Positions 11,489 to 20,844 of a DNA stretch of 64,000 bases are shown here, piece after piece. Each line of letters starts with the position of its first letter. The first letter of the stretch is position 1. Position numbers and translations under genes: made by a program. The stretch covers positions 320,001 through 384,000 of the forward strand of contig JBILLK010000003.1 of the NCBI GenBank assembly GCA_044376115.1, given 5' to 3'. This stretch comes from Polyangiaceae bacterium. Lineage in GTDB: Bacteria; Myxococcota_A; Polyangia; Polyangiales; Polyangiaceae. The notes under the pieces were generated by a model that saw only the letters and a program-made list of their open reading frames with translations, was not told where the DNA came from and ran no database searches.

Positions 11489-13942
11489 GTGCCCACCCTC
11501 GCTTCGGACGTGACCTTCGCGCAGGGGATTTGCCCGGCGAAAACCCGCGCAGATCTCGAACTCGATCGGCTGCTCGCCGCGCTCGAGCAACGGGCGAAGA
11601 GCCCAGTCGGTCGTCGCTATGCGCTTTCGCTGCCCTTCCTGCGTGAGCGTGAACAGGTGCTGGCTTCGCTCGCCGAGATCCAAGAGCTGCGTGCGCTCGC
11701 CGTGCGCGGGCTCTCGCTGCCGATCGGTGAGGTGAGCGAGCTCTCGGACAGCCTCGGCCGCGCTCGCATTGGTCAGTCGCTTTCGCTGAGCGAGGTCTTT
11801 ACCGCGTTGAGTACGCTGCGCGCCTGCGTCGCTGCGAGCCAGTTCCTGCGCAAACAGGAGGCAGCGTTGGCGGCGCTCTCGCGTCGTTGCCCGATCGATC
11901 CTTCGCTCGATGGGCTGGTGGCAGAGCTGGGGGTTTGCTTCACCAACCAAGGCGAGCTCGCCGATGAAGCCTCGCCGCGCTTGGCCGAGGTGCGCGGGGA
12001 ACAACGCAGCGCGAAGGCCCACATCGTGGAGCGGCTGACCGAGCTGATGCGCTCCTACGCAGGCTCGCTCTCCGATTCGTATTGGACCGAGCGCGACGGT
12101 CGCTTCGTTTTGCCGGTGCGAGCCGACGCTGAAAATCGATTTCCCGGCATCGTGCACGCCGCGAGCTCAGGTGGTTCCACCTTGTTCGTCGAGCCGCGAG
12201 TGATCGTGAGCCTGGGCAACCGGCTCAAGGTGCTCGACGCTGTGGTTACACGTGAAGAGGAGCTCGTGCTCGGCCGGCTGAGCGCGCAGCTGGCCGCGTC
12301 TTCAGCTGGGATCGAGCAGGCGGTGGCTTCGCTCGCGGTGCTCGACGTGCGCCAAGCCTCCGCCGAGCTGGCCGAGGCGTTGGATCTTCGTCCGCCGCGG
12401 ATTGTCTCTCCGCGTGAAGGGATCTCTTTGCCGAAGGCCCGGCATCCGTTGCTCGCGCTCGATGGAGTGAAGGTGGTTCCCAGTGATCTGGCGCTCAAGA
12501 GCGGTCAGGTGCTGGTGCTCTCCGGTCCCAACGCAGGCGGCAAAACCGTCGCGCTGAAGGCGCTCGGGCTGGCTGCGCTGATGGTGCGGCTGGGCTTGCC
12601 GGTGGCCTCGGGGGATGACGCAGCGGTCGGGCTGTACGAGCAGGTGCTGAGCGACGTTGGTGATCAGCAGAGTTTGTCGAAGAATCTTTCGACCTTCAGC
12701 GCCCACATCGAAAACCTCGCCGAGATCAGCTCCCGCACCGATTCGGGCGCGCTCATCCTCTTGGACGAGATCGCCTCCGGCACCGATCCTCGCGAAGGAG
12801 AGGCGCTCGCGAGCGCGTTTTTGGGCGCCTTGGCCGATGCAGGCGGCACCGTGGCCTGCACGACGCACTACGAGGCGCTCAAGGTTTTGGCCTCGACAGA
12901 CGCGCGCTTTCACAACGCCTCGGCCGGCTTCGACCTGCAGAAGCTGGCCCCCACCTTCGAGATTCACGACGGCATTCCGGGGCCCTCCGCGGCGTTGGCG
13001 GTGGCCCGTCGCTTCGGCATTCCCGAGGCGGTTTGCACGCGCGCCGAGGGCTTACTCGAACGCGGCTCGCTGGACGTTTCGCGGCTTTTGGCCGAGCTGC
13101 TCGAGGAGAAGGCTGGCCTCGCGTCGCAGCGGGCCACGCTCGAGCGGGAGCAGGCCGCGATGGCCGAGGCCAAAGCGCAGATGGCGCTGGAGAAGAAGCG
13201 TTGGGATGAGCGGGATGAGCGCGCCGTGCAACGCGAGACCGAGGCGCTGGTCGCGGCGGTGAAGCGCGCTCGCGAGGATCTGCGGATGGCCGAGCTGCGG
13301 ATGAAGACCGCCACGCTCGAGGCCAAGGACTTCGCGAGCGTCTCGGCGATCGTCGAGAGCGTGGCTCGCTCGGTAGCGATTGGCGGTCCGCTCGAGCCGC
13401 CGCGTCGCGAGCCGGCGGTGGAGTCGGTGGCGAAGGCGGCGTTGTTTCCAGGGGCGCGCGTGTACGTACCCAAGCTACGCACCGAGGCCGACGTGCTCGA
13501 GGTGCTCGCCTCCGGTCAGGTGCGCGTGGCCGCTGGCCCTATGAAGTTGCTCGTCTCGCTGGAGGAACTGCGCCGCGTGACGAAGACCGAGTCCAAGGCT
13601 GAATCAAAGGCCAAGGCCGCTCGTCCAACCAAACCCCGCTCGGATTCGTCGCGCCTCTCGTTTGATGCGGCTGCGGATCCGGACGTGCCGATTCAGACCG
13701 CGGAGAACACGGTGGATCTGCGTGGCCTGCGCGCTCACGAGGCGATCGAGGGCGCTGAACAGTTCATGGACTCATGCACCAAACGCGGCCTTTCGGTCGC
13801 GTTCCTGATCCACGGGCACGGCACCGGCGCGTTGCGCCAAGCGCTGCGCGAGTCACTGCAATCGAGCCCCTACGTTCAGCGGTCTCGTCCAGGTGATCCG
13901 CGTGAAGGCGGCGACGGCGTCACCGTCGTCTGGCTTCGTTGA
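11489..13942 (+). CDS. mutS2: MutS2 family protein with Smr domain
   Basis: SGPNAGGKT, SLSKNLSTFSAH, LLDEIASGTDP, C-terminal DLRG...IHGHGTGALR...GGDGVT. Confidence 0.93.
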   Translation: MPTLASDVTFAQGICPAKTRADLELDRLLAALEQRAKSPVGRRYALSLPFLREREQVLASLAEIQELRALAVRGLSLPIGEVSELSDSLGRARIGQSLSLSEVFTALSTLRACVAASQFLRKQEAALAALSRRCPIDPSLDGLVAELGVCFTNQGELADEASPRLAEVRGEQRSAKAHIVERLTELMRSYAGSLSDSYWTERDGRFVLPVRADAENRFPGIVHAASSGGSTLFVEPRVIVSLGNRLKVLDAVVTREEELVLGRLSAQLAASSAGIEQAVASLAVLDVRQASAELAEALDLRPPRIVSPREGISLPKARHPLLALDGVKVVPSDLALKSGQVLVLSGPNAGGKTVALKALGLAALMVRLGLPVASGDDAAVGLYEQVLSDVGDQQSLSKNLSTFSAHIENLAEISSRTDSGALILLDEIASGTDPREGEALASAFLGALADAGGTVACTTHYEALKVLASTDARFHNASAGFDLQKLAPTFEIHDGIPGPSAALAVARRFGIPEAVCTRAEGLLERGSLDVSRLLAELLEEKAGLASQRATLEREQAAMAEAKAQMALEKKRWDERDERAVQRETEALVAAVKRAREDLRMAELRMKTATLEAKDFASVSAIVESVARSVAIGGPLEPPRREPAVESVAKAALFPGARVYVPKLRTEADVLEVLASGQVRVAAGPMKLLVSLEELRRVTKTESKAESKAKAARPTKPRSDSSRLSFDAAADPDVPIQTAENTVDLRGLRAHEAIEGAEQFMDSCTKRGLSVAFLIHGHGTGALRQALRESLQSSPYVQRSRPGDPREGGDGVTVVWLR

Positions 13943-14201
13943 GCTTCTTGCGATAACGCGCTGCCACGAACCTTGGTTGAGCCGTGACATCGACGTCGCG
14001 GTCGCTGCGAAGCGTTCGCGCTTGATTGCGTACGCTTTCTCTTCGCAACGTCGTCAGTTCTTCCTTGTACGGAAGTCGTTTCGCGGCGCCGTTGAGAAAA
14101 GTGGATCTTTTCGGTCGGCTGGCGCGTCGCAAAGAGGTCGAAACACTTCTGCGGAATAGTTACGCGCAGCGGATTGTCTCCATCGTGTCGGGTGACCGGC
14201 A

Positions 14202-14217
14202 TGGCACAACGAATGCA
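14202..14217 (+). promoter_or_regulatory. Putative sigma54 (-24/-12) promoter
   Basis: TGGCACAACGAATGCA has exact GG-N10-GC spacing, at the end of a 290-bp intergenic region just before the ORF at 14232. Confidence 0.55.
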
Positions 14218-14231
14218 CCTCGGAAGTTACC

Positions 14232-14669
14232 GTGAATACCCAAAGGCCGATTCGCCAAAGCTCTACCTACCCGCGCGTTGATGCGGGCGGAGCCGTGCTC
14301 GGAGATGGCTTCATCGCTGATGCCCAACTGGATGAGTGGCTGCGTAACGGTCTCGCGGATCGTGACGCAACGAATCGTGACGAAGGCGTGCTCCAGCTCT
14401 CCGACGGTTCGCGGTTCAGCCTGGTGGACGGCTTGCGCATCCTTGGTCGGCGCGACGGGGACAGCGATCCGTACGGCCTCACGGGGCGGGTCATGTCCCT
14501 GCGCTCGGTCTTGCGACGCGGTGGCCTGCTCAGCTCGGACGGCGTGCGCATTGGACCGGCCATCTACGATGCAGCCTTCGGTGTGCTGCTAAGCCTGCTA
14601 GCCGCCTCCTCAGCGGCTGAGGAGGAAGAGTCGCCGCCGACCTTGAGGCAGAGCGCAACGGGCCGCTGA
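14232..14669 (+). CDS. Hypothetical protein
   Basis: 145-aa ORF behind putative sigma54 promoter. Confidence 0.55.
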   Translation: MNTQRPIRQSSTYPRVDAGGAVLGDGFIADAQLDEWLRNGLADRDATNRDEGVLQLSDGSRFSLVDGLRILGRRDGDSDPYGLTGRVMSLRSVLRRGGLLSSDGVRIGPAIYDAAFGVLLSLLAASSAAEEEESPPTLRQSATGR

Positions 14670-14727
14670 ACGCCAGTTGCGCCCCGCCTTGAGGTCTTGA
14701 GCCGAGGGCCTCCTTGGGGGCCCTTGG

Positions 14728-15084
14728 CTACTCGCCGTTGCAGACGTTGACCTCGCCGGCGCCGTCCTCGCGACTCTTGCCCTCACAGTCATAGCCGTTG
14801 CGGCATTCGTCGTCGCTCGCGCAGCTCAGCAGACAGACGCCGCCTTCACTGCTGATGCACACCGAGCCGCTCGGGCAGTCCTCATCACTGGCGCACTCCA
14901 CCGTGCATGTTCCTTGGGGGAAGTCACCTTCGTCGAGGCACTGGCTGCCATCGGCGCACTCGCTATTGGCAGTGCAGGGACCGCCGACAACGTCCCCCTC
15001 GTTTCCAACCCCGCCGCCGGCGTCATCCCCACACGCAATCAACAGGCAGGCACCCAACACGATCGAAGCGAATGAAGGTTTCAT
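14728..15084 (-). CDS. Small Cys-rich lipoprotein
   Basis: LIAC lipobox; three CxxxxxC repeats (CTANSEC, CASDEDC, CASDDEC). Confidence 0.75.
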   Translation of the reverse strand: MKPSFASIVLGACLLIACGDDAGGGVGNEGDVVGGPCTANSECADGSQCLDEGDFPQGTCTVECASDEDCPSGSVCISSEGGVCLLSCASDDECRNGYDCEGKSREDGAGEVNVCNGE

Positions 15085-15156
15085 CTCGCCATCATGTAAA
15101 AACGGCACGCACCGGACAAGCGGGTGGCCCCTTCTTCCGTGTTCCTGTCGAACACA

Positions 15157-17457
15157 CTAGCGCCCGCGGTCGAGTACTTGGCGCACCTTGTTGCAGAGCC
15201 CTTCGAGGGAAACCGGCTTCGGAATGAACTCGGTGCCTTCGTCGAGCACGCCTTGATGCACGATCGTGTTCTCGGTGTAGCCGCTCATGTAGATGACCTT
15301 GAGGTCGGGCCGCATGGCGAGCAGCCGGTCGGCGAGGGCGCGGCCGTTCATCCGTGGCATCACTACGTCGGTGAGCAGCAAGTGAATGTGGCCACGGTGC
15401 TGCTCGGCGATCAGCAGGGCCTCACCGCCGTTCTCTGCCTCGAGCACTACGTAGCCCTCGCGCTGCAGTGCGCGTTTGGCGAAGGCGCGTACGCCCGACT
15501 CGTCCTCCACCAAGAGGATCGTCTCGTTGCCTTGTAGGCGGGCTTGCGGGCCAGCTTTCTTGGCTGCGGTTGCCGCGTCCTGCACACGAGGAAGGTAGAC
15601 CTTGAAGGTGCTCCCGCGACCTTGCTCGCTGTAGAGCCAAATATGACCGCCGCTTTGTTTGACGATGCCAAACACCGTTGCCAGGCCCAACCCGGTGCCT
15701 TTTCCGAGCGCTTTGGTGGTGAAGAACGGCTCGAAGATCCGCTCGCGAACCGAGTCCTCCATGCCTTGGCCGTTGTCTGCGACCGAGAGCAGCACATGCT
15801 CGCCCGGCGCTACACTCAGGTGTTGCCGGGAGTACTCCTCGTCGAGCTCGACGTTCGCCGTCTCGATCGTGATGCGCCCACCGGTGGGCGGCAGCGCATC
15901 GCGGGCGTTAATCACCAGGTTGAGGACGATCTGTTCGATCTGCGCCGGGTCGGCACGCACGCACCCCAGCCGCTGTGCGAGGCCCAGGTGGAGCTCGACG
16001 TTCTCACCGAGCAGTCTGCGCAGCATGCCCTCCATCGAAACGATGTGCTCGGTCAGGTCGAGCACCTGCGGCTCGAGGATCTGCCGGCGACTGAAGGCGA
16101 GCAGTTGACGCGTCAGAGACGAGGCGCGCTCCGCTGCTGCGACGATCTCGGCCACGTCGCTGCGCAGCGGATCTTGCTCGGATAGCTCCGAATGAACGAT
16201 GCCCGCAAATCCAAGGATGGCTGAGAGCATGTTGTTGAAGTCGTGAGCGACGCCTCCAGCCAACCTGCCGATCGCCTCCATCTTTTGGGACTGCAGAAAT
16301 TGGTGCTGCAAAGCCTTCTTGTCGGTGACATCGCGGAGGTTCCCAACCACCGCGCCAACCGCAGGATCCTGAAGTCGATTGTGGAAGGTGCCTTCGAAGT
16401 GGCGATAGGTGCCATCCCCGTGAAGTAGCCGCTTGCCCACGTTGACCACCGACTCCGGAACCGCCACGCAGCGGGCAAACGCCGCCTTGACGTAGTCCAG
16501 GTCCTCGAGGTGAATCATCGTCTTGTGGGTATTGAGATATTGCTCCTCGTTCATACCCAAGAGGCGCTGCACGCTGGCGGCGACCCACTGTGGCCGATGC
16601 TTTGGGTCGAACAGCACGATCAGCTCGTTGCCCTGCTCCACCAAGGCGCGAAAGCGCATCTTTTGGCGGTCGCTCTCGAGCGCCGCCTTCTTTTGCTCCG
16701 AAATATCGAGCAGGAAGGACACGCCGCGATTGGTCGCACCAGGCAACAGGGAGCAGGCGACCAACACAGGCACACGCGAGCCGTCGCGACGCTGAAACTC
16801 CTTCTCGTACGTGCGCGACTTGCCAGTGCGGCGAATCTCGTCGATGGCCGCACGCTCGACCGCCTTCCATTCGGGCGGCGTGAGCTCCGTCCAGCGGAGC
16901 TCACCGCGTTCGAGTTCGGCTTTGCTGAAGCCCAGCAGCTCCAAGGCCAGCTCGTTGGCCCAGGTGATTGCGCCATCGGCGCTCCAATGCACCACCCCGA
17001 TGATGCCAATGTCGCGAAAGCGTTCGAGCTCGTCGAGCGTCTCTTGGAGCCGAGCTTGAGCGGTGACGTCGCGCAGGCCGAAGGCGACATGGGTAACGCT
17101 GCCTTCCACGCTGCGCAGCGGAAAGACCGTACCGTCGACCGCCACTTTGGGACCCGCGCCTTCCGGCCCCTGGTGTTGATACCAGAGGCGCGCAAGCTGC
17201 ACGGTCTCCCCGGCGAAGGCGCGCCGCACCGGCTCTACGCCGTCTTGCGCGTGCAGTGTGGGGTCATCAAAGAGGCAGTAGTTGGGAGGTGGCTCGGCGC
17301 CGAAAAGGCCGCGAAAGGCGTCGTTTACGAGCACGCACTTACCGCTCTGGTCATACAGCGCAACCGCCGTATGGGTACTAGCAAACAGCCCAGCGAACAG
17401 CTCGAGCGGGTGGTCCAGTCGCTCATGCGCCAGCTTGAGTGTCTCGATGATCCCCAC
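15157..17457 (-). CDS. Hybrid sensor histidine kinase (3 PAS-HisKA-HATPase-receiver)
   Basis: [41 protein letters not shown], receiver LLVED...TDVVMP...KP. Confidence 0.93.
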   Translation of the reverse strand: MGIIETLKLAHERLDHPLELFAGLFASTHTAVALYDQSGKCVLVNDAFRGLFGAEPPPNYCLFDDPTLHAQDGVEPVRRAFAGETVQLARLWYQHQGPEGAGPKVAVDGTVFPLRSVEGSVTHVAFGLRDVTAQARLQETLDELERFRDIGIIGVVHWSADGAITWANELALELLGFSKAELERGELRWTELTPPEWKAVERAAIDEIRRTGKSRTYEKEFQRRDGSRVPVLVACSLLPGATNRGVSFLLDISEQKKAALESDRQKMRFRALVEQGNELIVLFDPKHRPQWVAASVQRLLGMNEEQYLNTHKTMIHLEDLDYVKAAFARCVAVPESVVNVGKRLLHGDGTYRHFEGTFHNRLQDPAVGAVVGNLRDVTDKKALQHQFLQSQKMEAIGRLAGGVAHDFNNMLSAILGFAGIVHSELSEQDPLRSDVAEIVAAAERASSLTRQLLAFSRRQILEPQVLDLTEHIVSMEGMLRRLLGENVELHLGLAQRLGCVRADPAQIEQIVLNLVINARDALPPTGGRITIETANVELDEEYSRQHLSVAPGEHVLLSVADNGQGMEDSVRERIFEPFFTTKALGKGTGLGLATVFGIVKQSGGHIWLYSEQGRGSTFKVYLPRVQDAATAAKKAGPQARLQGNETILLVEDESGVRAFAKRALQREGYVVLEAENGGEALLIAEQHRGHIHLLLTDVVMPRMNGRALADRLLAMRPDLKVIYMSGYTENTIVHQGVLDEGTEFIPKPVSLEGLCNKVRQVLDRGR

Positions 17458-17592
17458 TAAACCAAGGGTAATACGGGCTTGGCCGGCATACCAAGCAATC
17501 GGGCGGTTTAAGCCGGGCGCGCTCCGTAGCCTCCGTAGTGATACGGACGGGAGAAACGTGCACCATGCGTCACGGCCGTGGTCAGCTCGGCG

Positions 17593-18018
17593 TTAGCGTT
17601 TGACGGAAACGAGGTCTGCGACCCGAGACAGCACGCCGTTCACGAACGAGCCGGAATCCTCGGTGCCGAAGCGTTTGGCGAGCTCCACCGCTTCATCGAT
17701 CACGATGGCTCGCTCGATACCGCTTTGCAGCTCGAGCGTGGCCAAGCGCAGCACGTTGCGATCAACGCGTGACATGCGTTCAATACGCCAGTTGGTGCTC
17801 GCAGCCTTGATGACGCCGTCAATGGCGTCTTGCCCATCGAGGATGCCAACCACCAGCGTCTCCGCATACGCGCGCGAATCCCCGTCCAAATCCAGGTCGA
17901 TACCGAAGGCCAGCGAGGTGAAGAAGTCGCGCAGCGCCGTCTTGGGCGGCAGCTGCTGAGCCTCTGCGGCGAACAGCATCATCAACGTCGCTTCACGCGC
18001 AACCGAACGTACGCCCAC
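17593..18018 (-). CDS. nusB: Transcription antitermination factor NusB
   Basis: NWRIERMSRVDRNVLRLA, IDEAVELAKRFG..FVNGVL; follows ribH. Confidence 0.93.
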   Translation of the reverse strand: MGVRSVAREATLMMLFAAEAQQLPPKTALRDFFTSLAFGIDLDLDGDSRAYAETLVVGILDGQDAIDGVIKAASTNWRIERMSRVDRNVLRLATLELQSGIERAIVIDEAVELAKRFGTEDSGSFVNGVLSRVADLVSVKR

Positions 18019-18021
18019 GGC

Positions 18022-18522
18022 TCAGAACCCGCTCGAGGCAAGCGCCTGGTTCAAGCTCACCATCTCGATCGACGAGACGGCCGCCTCCCAGCCCTTGTTC
18101 CCGGCTTTGGTACCGGCTCGCTCAATCGCCTGCTCGATCGAGTCCGTTGTCAGCACGCCGAAGGTCACCGACACACCCGTCTCAATCGAGACCGAGGCGA
18201 TGCCTTTGGTGACCTCGGCAGCGACGTAGTCGAAGTGTGGCGTTGAGCCGCGGATCACAGCGCCGAGCGCGATGATGCCGACCTTGTCTCGATCTTCCAC
18301 ACGCACGCTTTTGGCGACTCGGCCCACTGCAGACGGGATCTCCCAAGCGCCGGGCACCTTCACCAAGGTGACCGCCGATTGCTGGCCGCCATGCCGCCGA
18401 ATCGCGTCGATGGCGCCGTCCACCAAGCGGTCCACGATGAAGTGGTTGAACCTGGACGCCACAATCACGAAGCGCGCTCCGTGCGGAACGACGACTTGCC
18501 CTTCAACGGTAACTACGGACAT
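18022..18522 (-). CDS. ribH: 6,7-dimethyl-8-ribityllumazine synthase
   Basis: [44 protein letters not shown]. Confidence 0.95.
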   Translation of the reverse strand: MSVVTVEGQVVVPHGARFVIVASRFNHFIVDRLVDGAIDAIRRHGGQQSAVTLVKVPGAWEIPSAVGRVAKSVRVEDRDKVGIIALGAVIRGSTPHFDYVAAEVTKGIASVSIETGVSVTFGVLTTDSIEQAIERAGTKAGNKGWEAAVSSIEMVSLNQALASSGF

Positions 18523-18536
18523 TGCGCGGTTCCTTA

Positions 18537-19772
18537 TCAGTCCTTCGCCACGATGGGAATGCGCTCGACGATCTTGAGACCGAAGCCATCCAAGCCGGCG
18601 ATCTTGGTTTGGCTGTTCGATAGCAGGCGCAACTCAAGGATGCCGAGCTCGGCGAGCACCTGCGCGCCCAACCCAAACTCACGCAGCGGCGCGACGTTCA
18701 GCGTCGGTTTGGACGCACGCTCGGGCACCGCCGCCGTCGGAAGCCGGCGCTCGAGCTCGGCCAGCAGATCGCCGCGCGGCGGGATGTAGAGCACGATGCC
18801 GCGGCCTTCCGCCTCGATCATGCGCAGGGATTCACGCAGGTTTGCGCCCCCATCCGAGGGCGTGGAGGCGAACACGTCGCCCAGCAGCGAGCCGGTGTGG
18901 ATGCGCGCGAGCACCGCACCGCCAGCGGCGACGTCACCCTTGACCAACGCCAAGAACTGCCGACCTTCACCGACGATATCGAAGGCGACCACCAGCCACT
19001 CGGTGCCCGTCGCGTCGAGCTTGAGCGTTGCTTCGGAGGCGCGCTTCACCAGCCGCTCGGTCTGCAACCGATACTGAATCAGATCGGCGATGGTGAGCAG
19101 ACGGAGATCATGCGTTTTGGCGAAGGCCTCGAGGTCGGGCATGCGCGCCATGGTGCCGTCGTCGTTCATGATCTCGCAGATCACGCCGGCCGGAGTGAGG
19201 CCGGCGAGCTCTGCGAGATCCACCGAGCCCTCGGTGTGGCCGGTGCGCACGAGCACGCCGCCGCGCTTTGCGCGCAGCGGAAAGACGTGGCCCGGCGTTA
19301 CCAGGTCCCCGGGCTTGGCTTGCGGATCCACCGCGACGCGCACGGTGCGCGCGCGGTCTGCGGCGCTGATGCCGCTGGTCACTCCGGTGCGCGCCTCGAT
19401 GCTCACGGTGAAGGCCGTTCCGAGCGGTGGACCATGCCGACCAGGCGCGCTCATCAGCGGCAACTCCAGCCGATCCACTTGCTCCTCGGTGAGCGTCAGG
19501 CAGATCAGCCCGCGCCCGAATTTGGCCATGAAGTTGACGCTCTCCGGCGTCACTCGCTCGGCCGCCATCACCAGATCGCCCTCGTTCTCACGATCTTCAT
19601 CGTCCACGAGGATGATCATCTTGCCGGCGCGAATGGCCTCGAGCGCGCCGTTCACTCGCTCGAGCAACGCCGGATCGATGGTTAGACGGTTGCTGTGCGT
19701 CGGGCGGGGCACTCCGCGTGAAGAGCCCTGCGCTTTGGGGATTTCACGGTGTTCGGGCGCTTGATCAGACAT
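18537..19772 (-). CDS. ribB: 3,4-dihydroxy-2-butanone-4-phosphate synthase fused to a degenerate GTP cyclohydrolase II-like domain (RibBX type)
   Basis: [40 protein letters not shown]; the C-terminal domain lacks the Zn cysteines. Confidence 0.9.
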   Translation of the reverse strand: MSDQAPEHREIPKAQGSSRGVPRPTHSNRLTIDPALLERVNGALEAIRAGKMIILVDDEDRENEGDLVMAAERVTPESVNFMAKFGRGLICLTLTEEQVDRLELPLMSAPGRHGPPLGTAFTVSIEARTGVTSGISAADRARTVRVAVDPQAKPGDLVTPGHVFPLRAKRGGVLVRTGHTEGSVDLAELAGLTPAGVICEIMNDDGTMARMPDLEAFAKTHDLRLLTIADLIQYRLQTERLVKRASEATLKLDATGTEWLVVAFDIVGEGRQFLALVKGDVAAGGAVLARIHTGSLLGDVFASTPSDGGANLRESLRMIEAEGRGIVLYIPPRGDLLAELERRLPTAAVPERASKPTLNVAPLREFGLGAQVLAELGILELRLLSNSQTKIAGLDGFGLKIVERIPIVAKD

Positions 19773-19817
19773 GGGACCTCTCGCAACGTTAGGCGGGGCC
19801 GAGGCGCCGCAGCGGGG

Positions 19818-20492
19818 TCAGATGTAGCCTCCGCCTTTCAACTTTTCCAGTAGTCCCTGGTCGCTCGCGCCGTGAGTCTTTTCAGCGGGTACAGCGATCG
19901 AAAGTTGGCGTGCGACGTAACGAGCGAGCACATCGACCTCGACATTGACCCGCGCGCCCACCGTCAACGCCTCCAAGGTGGTGCGGCCTTGGGTGTGCGG
20001 TACCAACATCACCCCAACTTCCACGTGGCTCGCAGCGTCCACCACCTCGTTGATCGTCAGGCTGACGCCGTCGATGGTGATCGAGCCCTTCTGCGCGACG
20101 AGCGGCCTTAGCGCGCCCGCGAGCGAAAAGAACGTCGCTACAGCGTCCCCTTTGGCCTCGCGTCGGACGACACGCGCGACGTCATCCACGTGGCCGAGCA
20201 CGATGTGCCCGCCGAGCCTGCCGCCGGCTTGCGTGGCCCGCTCGAGATTGAGCGGCTTTCCGGCTTTGTTGCCGAGGGTCGTCTTGTCGAGCGTCTCGGA
20301 GGAGACGTCGGCCTCGAAGCCGTGCTCGAGGATGCGGTCCACCGTCAGGCAAACGCCGGAGCAGGCGACTGATTCGCCCAACTCGAAGGGCGACTTCTGC
20401 TGCAGTTTGCAGCGAATGGTGGCACGGGCCGAAGGGCCGCGTCGTTCGAGCCGTTCGAGTAGGCCAACCTCTTCGACCAGCCCGGTGAACAT
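19818..20492 (-). CDS. ribE: Riboflavin synthase
   Basis: N-terminal MFTGLVEE, GVCLTV, GGHIVLGHVD, KGSITIDGVSLT. Confidence 0.95.
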   Translation of the reverse strand: MFTGLVEEVGLLERLERRGPSARATIRCKLQQKSPFELGESVACSGVCLTVDRILEHGFEADVSSETLDKTTLGNKAGKPLNLERATQAGGRLGGHIVLGHVDDVARVVRREAKGDAVATFFSLAGALRPLVAQKGSITIDGVSLTINEVVDAASHVEVGVMLVPHTQGRTTLEALTVGARVNVEVDVLARYVARQLSIAVPAEKTHGASDQGLLEKLKGGGYI

Positions 20493-20498
20493 GCGCGG

Positions 20499-20843
20499 TT
20501 ACGGCTCCGATTTGGCCGGTGCGACCAGCACGCGCTGCAACGTGAGCAGCTTGTCGATCAGGTTCTTCGAGTAGCTCGAGAGCTCGGTGAAGACCACGCC
20601 CATACCCGGCGGATCATCGTGAACGCGCACCACTTCACCGACGCCCTCGATGGTCTCGATGTCGTCCATGATCACGGTGAAGCGAAGATTGACGTGGGTG
20701 CCGATGGCCAGCGGCGTCTTCGAGCGGACGAACACGCCGGTGCGCGAGATGTTGGTCACATACTCGTTGATGAAGGCGTCGTACGACTCGAACTCTTTGT
20801 TGATCGTCACGCGCTCTTCGCGACGCGGCTCATTTTCGTCCAT
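20499..20843 (-). CDS. Stand-alone PilZ domain protein
   Basis: RxxxR (RREER) and NISRTG motifs; GEVVRV...GMGVVF. Confidence 0.85.
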   Translation of the reverse strand: MDENEPRREERVTINKEFESYDAFINEYVTNISRTGVFVRSKTPLAIGTHVNLRFTVIMDDIETIEGVGEVVRVHDDPPGMGVVFTELSSYSKNLIDKLLTLQRVLVAPAKSEP

Positions 20844-20844
20844 C

